From the NCBI GenBank assembly GCA_000320545.1, contig ADNK01000343.1, positions 960-64,959 of the forward strand: a stretch of 64,000 nt of DNA, given 5' to 3'. Position numbers and translations under genes: made by a program. Each line of letters begins with the position of its first letter. Position 1 is the stretch's first letter. The notes beneath the pieces are model-generated. The model had not been told where the DNA came from and ran no database searches. It saw only the letters and a program-made list of their open reading frames with translations. The stretch is from Bigelowiella natans CCMP2755. Lineage: Eukaryota; Protista; Cercozoa. Of this stretch, positions 55,400-64,000 are shown in pieces.

Positions 55400-56950
55400 T
55401 GTGCGACCAAAGTTTTGCTAGTTTAACTCACATTGCTCAACATCATTGTGATCACATGTACGTTAGCATTGTGCATTGCTCATTGCAGGCGCATTCGATC
55501 AGTCATCTAGTAACGTGTGCTACGTATCCAGCGCCACATTGTGTTGTGCATGTTAGCATGCCTAGATGTGTTGGCTCTACACCACTCTAGCACTAGCTTG
55601 CGGTCATGTTCAGTTAGCTCCCATGATGCATCGCATCAAGATAATAGACACAGCAGCATGACAATATGACATTGCATGTCTATCATCAAGCACATCTACG
55701 TACGCTGCAGACATGTGCATATATAACAATGGACATACAACTTGCTGTGGAGTTGCATGCATTGCTAGATCATGCATGCTCTACATTGTCACATTGTTAC
55801 ACGCACGGTGATGTGAGAAGGATGAAATGAATGGTTGCATTGAATTTGTCAATTCCAGAATTGTCGTTTCACTAACGTGTCTGTCGAGCTAGCTGTGCAA
55901 AGCTGCGGCTATCTAGCTACATCTAGCCACAGCGCACATATCATGTCTGTCAGTTTCTGCGATTGATCAGAAACCCACCATGTGTTGCAACATGCATGTT
56001 GCGATGTGCATGCATTGCGCAGCATGCACCACACATGCTCATGCACAAACAACAATGTGCATGCAATGCTAGAATGTGTGCCACATCTAGATGTCTAGAT
56101 GTGTAGCTAGATGCATGTGTGTGCGCTAGTGCGTGTTGATGTGCATTTTGCAGTGGCATGCAGTCAATGGGCACTTGTGGACAACGCACCCATGCACATG
56201 CTAGCATGACTGTCTCCAGGTCTAGCTGTGAATCCATTGCTAGCTAGCTAGCTAGATTGCTCTGATGTTGTCGAGTGCGTCGCATCATGCACGTCGACGT
56301 GACACGTGTATCTGTCTAGCTGTCCTGCAACAATCTGTGACTTCTGATCAATCAATGCCCTACATCTAGACATGCACGGCTGTCTCAATGGACAGCTACA
56401 GTGTGCAGTACAAGCTCGTCGTGCATGTACACTTTGTCTGTCATGCTAGCATGACCATTGAAAAGATTTGATCACTTCATCACTTTATTTATTCATCACA
56501 TCCATCCCACACTTTGTCCATCACAGTTGGTCCGCACATAGGTCATGCTAGCATGCTAGCATGCGCAATGGACATGATCACAAATCACTGATGCAAATTC
56601 TAGAATCATGCTAGCATGCTAGTGTGCATGGTTGAAACACATGAGTCTACATGAGACGGATGTGATGAAGGCTAGCTAGCTAGATCGAAGGCATCAAATT
56701 TGTTCAATCGTCCCCCTAAAGTAGCTGTGCAAAGCAGCGGCTTCAGCGCTCATAGCATGTTGAATTTATTTGTCTCTGTTGTGTGCTTCAAGCATTTGTC
56801 TAGATGTTGCATGTGTGAGACGGATGCAATGAAATGTTTAAATTTTTGCAATGGTCATCCTGATGTTGCATATGTAGCATCAACGTTGTGTTGCACAGTG
56901 CTCTCGCACGTGCTCATCCATATTTTGCACAAGGCGTTGATTGTAAGCGC
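55400..56950. other. CTAG-rich, TpA-depleted intergenic island 4 between convergent genes
   Basis: About 25 CTAG in ~55880-56690, including (CTAG)4 at ~56240. CATG/TGCA are abundant; TA outside CTA/TAG contexts is rare in the core. Confidence 0.8.
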
Positions 56951-57193
56951 ATCGTATTAGCAGCACAGTACTAGAGTAGCTAGCGAGCTTTGCTTTTATT
57001 ACGTAGCTTAGGTAGAACAATGCACTACTCACTGAATGTAGGCGCGCCGCATGGTATTCGTATAGTCTTTCGCTACTATACAAATAACTAAAATGATTTT
57101 TTTATCTTGATCGCAGCTAGTGAGTGACGTTATAACCTATATGGCGTGTCTGATGATCAAAGGCCGCACACAATGCATATGAACTTAGCCAAT

Positions 57194-59760
57194 TTATCCA
57201 GCTTCAGTGATAACTGAGGGTGATACACGTTCCACATGCTGAATTTGCCCTGGAAACCTGATATGGGAAATTTCATTACGCTGAATCATTCTTTAGTCTT
57301 TCATATCAACACCCACTGAACCTAAATTTTTATCACGAAATGAATCAAGCTCACTGCTTTCACCTGTCTTTCAATGCTTGGCATATTCCTGTGAACATAA
57401 CATCTGGCCCCTCGTATATTACAGTTGCTGTACCTAAAATAAAAAAGAAAAAAGATGCTTAGAATCTGTAGATAATAACAAAGAAGTTGAATACCATCCA
57501 ATGCTGCCACACAATTGATATCGCCTCCAAATCTGTTAAATTTATTTTTAGCTAATTGCTTTACATTTATCAACGAAAATCACCTATGCAGAGCCGGTTT
57601 AAATAAAGATAGGTGCTCGTTGACCTGTAGAAACAGAGGGTGAGAAATCATTGGCACACATTCATTAGGCGTTTACAAAGTGATGTTGTTATGCTACTAC
57701 CGCTTCTAATGTTGCTGGGGCCGAGAACTGCACTTGGGTGACCTGCAAACAAAATGGTGTCACTGCTCTCTTTCATGTCACTGATATATGACCTACTATT
57801 AACCTCTTTCAGCTGTGCTCTAAAGGCAGTTCTTAAAGCATTTTCAATACCTGTTGAAAGGTATTTCGCATAAAATGTTGTAGAACATAGGCTTAAGTAG
57901 GTAGCTGTTGTTTGTGTATTATTCTGCTATCTGTTACGTAGGCTTACCTTGTTTCATAGTGATTGTCGACGAAGGACACGACGCACATGCTCCCTCGAGA
58001 CGGAGTGCTATGGTTCCTTTGCAAACAATAAAACCCTAATTGAAATTAAGAACTCTTTCCAATAATTTGTAAAACGGATCATTTACATACCATCAGAGAT
58101 AGAGACTACTTGAACATTTCCTCCATCCTGGATCAAGTAAGGACGCACCTTTTTTCCAAGTCACACATTTCCATAACAACAAGTAAGGACGTAAGATCTT
58201 TTTCCAAGTACTCACACGTTCTCCCATAACAACTGTATGTCAATAATGAGAGGATTAACATACCGTATCCAACACGTAGTTCACCTAAAATAATAATGTG
58301 CAAAATAGTTCACTAAGTAATTCACCGAACAGAACTATTATTTCGAAATTGCCAGGATACGTTTTCCTCTGTCATCTCTTGCTCTTCAAAACCATTGCCT
58401 TGGATTGCCTTACAATGATCAAATAAATTTAGTAAAAGCGCATTGTAAAACAGACTTGATGTACATTGATGGCTTCGATAGGAATATTCTCTGCTGAAGG
58501 GTCTTCGAGTTGAGCAAAAGGACCTTTAAGGAAAATATTAACTTATATACTAGCCAAGAAATGTGCTTTTTGGCTTACTTATTACTGTCCCGTCCTCGTT
58601 TGTTGAAGGTAAGGAAGAAATTTCATATTTTGTAGATGCAGTCTTCGCCTCAGTCTTGACGTGGACACCTTTCATATCCCCTGAAATCATGGATGGAACA
58701 CACACGTACGAAGGCATCATATTTTTTTCTATCCATTTTTTTATCATTACTGTCCATTATTATTCTGGGAGATCATAGAGGACTACCATTCCATTTCCAA
58801 GATTCTGCGCTATTTCCAGGTGGGACATTTGCGTACTTTGATAAGTACTTTTCAACCTGTAAGCAAATCGTTGAAATTAACATATGGCAATGGTAATAAG
58901 ACGATGAGAAAATATGAAATCATATTACTTTAGCCTTTTTAAGTTCTTCGTTTGGTAGCTTAACTGAAGCATGAATTTCCACCCTATCACAACGATACTG
59001 ACAGTCTATAAATAAAGGATAGCTGGCTTACAGAGATGAACTTGTTCTTTCGAGTACCGTTCCAACAGCTTTTCTATGAGAAATTAGAGATTCTTTCAAA
59101 GAATCACTGTATCCTACAAACCTACCCAATTTCGTAAGATGGGATGAGGCTTAAATGCATGCAACTCTCACCATATTCAAATGACTTACTGTGGCCTCGA
59201 TTCCTTGTCAAATACGGTATAAACTGCATGCTGTACACCGTCGATATCTGCTCCCGAAATTTGATTGGATGTGACGCTTAGCATATAAATATATATAGTT
59301 AGTACAAACATATTTACCTAATTCCTCCAACCATTGCGAAAGGGGGGGCGTATTTTCATCATCTGTATTCTGATGGGAACAAGTCAAAGTTCACTTAAAT
59401 GATGACAATGGTATTTTCAGAACTCACTGACTGATGGGACGGAAGGCATTTCAGGTGTCTCTAATGAATAAGTGTGTTGCTGCTGCCCAGTGCGTTTCGA
59501 CCTGGATTTTCATAAGTTAATTTGGATGTGCCTTCAACTTTTTTCAGTATGAACTCATAGACTTACTTGTATGATGTTCTTGATACGTATGATGCAACAC
59601 CTAAAGTCCTGAAGGGCCTCAATGGAACGGTAACACTGTGTGTGGTTCTTTGCATCGACGTTGACAATTCGGGAGTAGACAATACTGGAACCAGGAAAAA
59701 TACTTCTGCGATGAGCACTATCAGAGAAAGACCTGCGGCATATTTTGAACTAATTTCCAT
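57194..59760 (-). CDS. Plastid-type NFU Fe-S carrier with N-terminal GIY-YIG-like domain and bipartite targeting leader (multi-exon)
   Basis: Spliced: leader MEISSKYAAGLSLIVLIAEVFFLVPVLS plus an S/T/R-rich transit-like region; AVYTVFDKESRPQFVGYSDSLKESL...VPPGNS (GRXS16-type GIY-YIG-like); NifU domain TEENVNYVLDTVRPYLIQDGGNVQVVSISDGTIALRLEGACASCPSSTITMKQGIENAL; a second degenerate NifU repeat (VNEHLSLFKPALHRFGGDI) without CxxC; stop at 57194. Confidence 0.85.
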
Positions 59761-59837
59761 CCTTGTTCCCCTGATCTCTGAGGGTGAAGAAGTCAATGTC
59801 ACCACCATTACAACCCGGAAGGGGGGGTATCCTGGTA

Positions 59838-60124
59838 GTCAATGATGATGATGATGATGATAGACGAACCGATTACTACTTCCTGTTGCGAGAACAATGA
59901 AATAACAACAACAACAATAACAACAACTGAGAAGTCAATGATGATGATGATGATGGACGAACCGATTACTACTTCCTGTTGCGAGAATAATGAAATAACA
60001 ACAACAACAATAACAACAACTGAGAAGTCAATGATGATGATGATGATGGACGAACCGATTACTGGATGTACTTCCCGTTGTGAGAATAATGAAATAACAA
60101 CAACAACAACAACAACAACAACAA
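59838..60124. repeat. ~96 bp minisatellite, 3 copies, containing (GAT)n and (ACA)n
   Basis: Unit GTCAATGATGATG...GACGAACCGATTACTACTTCCTGTTGCGAGAA(C/T)AATGAAATAACAACAAC...CTGAGAA is repeated three times upstream of the NFU start. Confidence 0.9.
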
Positions 60125-60242
60125 CTAGAAAAACAATTTGATTTGAACTAAACGACAACGCAACACAATTAGTTGGACAGATTTCTCTTCACGTTTCTTC
60201 TTGCACATCAATCAATGTTGTCATTGTTGTCGTCATTTGGCT

Positions 60243-60274
<32 letters not shown>

Positions 60275-60469
60275 GGCAAAACTACTACTACTACTAACTG
60301 AGAAAAGCACAAGAAACAGTGCAGCAGACTTACTTTCGTAAAATGTCCGTTATGATGAGAGAACATCATCCACTGTGAACTAACTAACACAGACTCCTAG
60401 GAAACTACTACCACTTCCTACTACTACGGGTCGCATCATCATTGTTCATTTCTTTTCAAAGACCAAACG

Positions 60470-62300
60470 ATGATTCAGATGGGGGGGTACGGGTCCACTC
60501 ACAACGGACCTCTTGTCCTCCCCATGTGGCTTGTTACCGCCTACACTGGGTTACTAACTTTCCTTAATATGTTTCTTTGCCTGAACAACTGAGTGATAAA
60601 GTCTACTTGGTGTCAGGTGCTTTGTTGGAACCGTCATTCTGACATACATGGCGGCCATGTTCACGAGAAATATTATCGATTTTCTTCCTTTACTATGTGA
60701 GACGGGGAGTGAGCAACCAGCCTATGCAATATTCTCAGTAGGAATGACCGTGTCAGCGGCCTTTTACGCGGTTCGTGTTTTTGCTGTGCCTGTGTGTGAT
60801 TTCAGTTTGCCAACCTGAAAAAATACATATACATAAGGTTGTCGTCTGGGTTCTTTACAATACGTGGAATGAGGCCTGTACTGGCCTTACAACTTGGGCG
60901 TTAAATCTCACTGCATTGGTGTCTCATCCATGATCTGAAATTGCTTCAGTCCTCATAACAAATATATTCTGGATTTAATTGCAGGTATGCGGGTTTGCTT
61001 CAGCGGTTGGGCTCGTATTCATGGCTTGTTTTAGGTTTTCTGGCATCGTTGTTAGCTCATACAAGATGTTCATTCATATATTCACTTTCGATTGTCGCGG
61101 CCTTGTAATGCCTTAATCCTCTTTGATCATCTACATCAGTATTCGCGGAAGATACCGAAAAAAGCACAACACGGCAGTTAGCTTATATTTATTTGGATCT
61201 CTCAGTCATGCCATCATTATATCATGTAAACTAACTAACTTCTTGAAACATGTTAGATACAAGCAATTATTTGACATGTTGCTTAACGCTTCCTGTCAGG
61301 TTTATCATGTATGCTCAGTTATTCAAATGTAAGTCTGTCTACTCGACGGTGGAGATGGATAGTTACAGCTGCAGCTCTGTCATGTAATAAACTACCATTC
61401 AATTTGGTGATGATGACGATAAATCTCTTTAGCTCATTTCTTTCACTCACTTGGTGCACTTTCTAGAGTAGAAATCTTATTGTGTGATGATACAGGTGTC
61501 TTTGCAATGTGGATAGTTCGTAAGATCTATGTAAGGTGATGTTGAAGATGCTTTGCAATGTGGATAGTTCGTAAGATCTATGTAAGGTGATGCTGTAGGT
61601 GTGGATAGTTTGTAAGATCTATGTAAGGTGATGTTGTAGATGCCTTTTTATGATCCATGGTGTTCATTCGTATTCTATTTCTGTCCAACAAAAGGGCGGT
61701 GAGAAGGCAGCAACCAATTTACAAGAACTTATTCAATGGTCAGTCGTAGCAATGAGCCATGTAATATGTAGTGGTCTCAATGATAATTTACAATTTCCTA
61801 GTTCTTGCTATTTATGTTTAACCTTGCCACTGTTCGAATGCGTCTCAGGACGACCTGTATCTCGGGTGATATCAAGTGAGGGTGATTTGATGGGCGATTT
61901 GGAGTACGATGGACATGATGATAATGCATTGATGCAACCCACAGATTCTGTCAAGGTATGACAATTTTAGATTATGAGTGTGATGTTCGTTAATACGTTC
62001 GTCGTTATCCCTGCTTTAAATGAATCATTTTTATTTCTAATTTTTAGGAATCCGAAGAAGCTGAAAGATATGCCATTTTCATGTAACATTTTACCTAAGA
62101 GCATATATTTTGCATTCAGTTCCATGGTTTCCGAATAACACTTCCTAACTTACTTTTGTTTCAAATTATTTTGCAGAAAACGGGTTTGGGCTGGGATTCA
62201 ATATTGTTCAGTGGTCTGCTTGTTGTGTTTTCAATTGTCCCTCACAGTGCATTGACAACATTGGATCCGTCTGAAATTGCTGGGCGATTAGTTGCGTAGA
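60470..62300 (+). CDS. Hypothetical multi-pass membrane protein (multi-exon; 3' exons uncertain)
   Basis: GT-AG joined exons read MIQMGGYGSTHNGPLVLPMWLVTAYTG|CFVGTVILTYMAAMFTRNIIDFLPLL|LGMTVSAAFYA|VVVWVLYNTWNEACTGLTTWALNLTAL|VCGFASAVGLVFMACF... Later exons are RRQQPIYKNLFN|GRPVSRVISSEGDL...DSVK|ESEEAERYAIF. Confidence 0.5.
61500..61643. repeat. ~50 bp tandem repeat, about 3 copies (probably intronic)
   Basis: TGTGGATAGTT(C/T)GTAAGATCTATGTAAGGTGATG is repeated three times. Confidence 0.85.
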
Positions 62301-62874
62301 TTCCTCCCTGAGCCTGCCATCGACAAATGCAAGTCGCAAAGGACATTTTTCGGTTGCAAACGCATGGATCATCTTCAACGCAGATGAATCGTGTGAAATT
62401 GCAGCCCGTTCCATGTGCCCCGTGATGCAATGCACTGAGCGCAGAGGAATCTTTTCCGCGTGCAGCCAGTTGTGCAGCACTCTGTTCGTGTGTGCGCACT
62501 GTCATTTTGTTGTGGGTTGCTGCAACGCTTGGGCATCATTGGAACACATCAACGCATGCGATTCCTTTCATCACAACACGTCTAGACGTGCATCCAAAGG
62601 CATGCCGCGATTGAGGACGTGCAACCTGCTTTGCGCCCGACCATGAACAAACGTGCACGTTTTCATCCGCACCAATGTGCACCTTGATCTGCGCACGCAA
62701 GCGATGTTGTCAGTCTGTTGAAAACTGTGGCAGCGCTTGCACATTGCAAAGTGCAACACGCACGCAATGCACGTCTTTCATCCTGCACAAAGTGTGCACA
62801 ACAAAGTGTCAAGCCCGTCAACCACGCGCGCAAAACACAGGTGACAGGTTCCAACACAATGACATTGCAGGAAA

Positions 62875-63180
62875 TTTTGATTTGGGATTTGGGATCATGT
62901 TTTGGGATCAGGTTTTGCGATCAGGTTTTCGGATCAGGATTTGGGATCAGGTTTTGAAATCAGGTTTTGAAATCAGGGTTGGGGTTGGGGTTGGATCTCA
63001 GGGTCAGGGTCAGGGTCAGGGATCATGGTTGGGGTTGGGGTTGGGGATCAGGGATCAGGGATCAGGGACAGGGATCAGGGTCAGAGATCAGGGATCAGGG
63101 ATCAGGGATCAGGGATCAGGGATCAGGGTTGGGGATCAGGGATCAGGGATCAATCAGGGTTGGGGTCAGGGTTGGGATTC
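62875..63180 (+). repeat. Degenerate internal telomere-like array (TCAGGG, TTGGGG, ATCAGGG, TTTGGGA)
   Basis: G-rich 6-7 nt units in the same orientation as the terminal telomere. Confidence 0.8.
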
Positions 63181-63399
63181 ACCAAGAGATGCAACACAAT
63201 GGCTGCAAATTGCATTTGGACATTCACCGCATGAGAGACGGATTGCTCTTGCTGCAATCCAGTCCTTCAGAATCTGAAATGACAATTTCGTGCAAAACTT
63301 CAGACGTTCATGCTCACGCATGACCTTGTCAACAAAAAATGATCAAAAAGAAAACATTGAAAGTGGAGATTCGACTTGTGAGAAGGTGTGGAATCTGTC

Positions 63400-63891
63400 A
63401 CAAAGACGGTCAGGGTTTTCTCATGGGCCACGACCAAAGTGACGACCAAAGTGACGATCGAAACGAGGGTCAAAGTGAGGAAAACTTGTCGCAAAAATCG
63501 ACCAGGGTTTTTTTCAGGGCAAAAGCAAGGGCCAAAGTCACGGAAAGTGGTGAGGGTTTTGGGTCAGGGCTGGGATGAGGGTCAGAGTCACGGTTTTTTG
63601 GTGAGGAGTTTGGACCAGGGTTGGGGTGAGGGTTGGGATGAGCACCGGGATCAGCATTGGGACCAGGAGTGAAACGAGGAGAACAAGTCAGGGCTGCGAC
63701 AAGGGTCAGGATCAGGGTTGAAATCACGGCCAAATTGAGGACCGCGACAAGGATCAGGTTCAGGGTCGAAATCACGGCCAAAGTGAAGACCGCAACAGGG
63801 GTCAAGATGAGGGTCAGGATGAGGGTCAAGATGAGGGTCAAGATGAGGGTCAGGATGAGGGTCAGGATGAGGGTCAGGATGAGGGTCAGGG
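63400..63891 (+). repeat. Telomere-proximal variant repeats (TCAGGG/TGAGGG; 12 bp GGGTCAGGATGA units at ~63800-63890)
   Basis: Gradient from degenerate to regular hexamer variants towards the telomere. Confidence 0.8.
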
Positions 63892-64000
63892 TTAGGGTTA
63901 GGGTTAGGGTTAGGGTTAGGGTTAGGGTTAGGGTTAGGGTTAGGGTTAGGTTAGGGTTAGGGTTAGGGTTAGGGTTAGGGTTAGGGTTAGGGTTAGGTGG
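63892..64000 (+). repeat. Telomere (TTAGGG)n
   Basis: About 17 near-perfect TTAGGG units at the window end, G-strand pointing outward. Confidence 0.95.

Larger units (their letters stand above)
62300..63891. other. TpA-free subtelomeric island 5
   Basis: I see only one TA (TCTAGA, ~62583) between 62300 and the first TTAGGG at 63892. Confidence 0.9.

Noticed and set aside
59838-61643. Tandem arrays as CRISPR-like loci
   Set aside because: Eukaryotic context, head-to-tail units without unique spacers, and no cas genes.
62675-63841. GSGIRDQ- and LTLI-repeat ORFs as proteins
   Set aside because: These are translations of degenerate telomeric repeats that lack stop codons.

Overview
Eukaryotic nuclear DNA running into a chromosome end, with (TTAGGG)n at ~63892-64000. 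Bipartite signal+transit leaders, a plastid-type GIY-YIG-NFU fusion, a flagellar CFAP73-like gene and short GT-AG introns suggest an alga with a secondary plastid, possibly a chlorarachniophyte (inference only). Genes read by eye, in order: the 5' end of a probably plastid-targeted protein (-), a 7TM GPCR-PIP kinase fusion (-), C1D/Rrp47 (+), a hypothetical protein (-), CFAP73/CCDC42-like (+), a ~39 kb HERC-like HECT E3 ligase (+) with microsatellite-rich introns, GIY-YIG-NFU (-) and a multi-pass membrane protein (+). The most striking unexplained structure is in the spacers that start at gene 3' ends (~1.8-3.9, 9.3-10.0, 14.9-15.6, 55.4-56.9 and 62.3-63.9 kb). They are depleted of the dinucleotide TpA (almost completely in the first, third and fifth) and surviving TpA is mostly in CTAG, while introns and divergent promoters are TpA-rich. 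Old telomere repeats in the last island appear converted from TTAGGG to TCAGGG or TTGGGG, which gives the direction of change (TA to CA/TG). This looks like a region-targeted, RIP-like but opposite-direction mutator or DNA-modification system. A TpA-retaining, highly structured ~500 nt element sits inside the first island. All counts and exon boundaries are manual and approximate.
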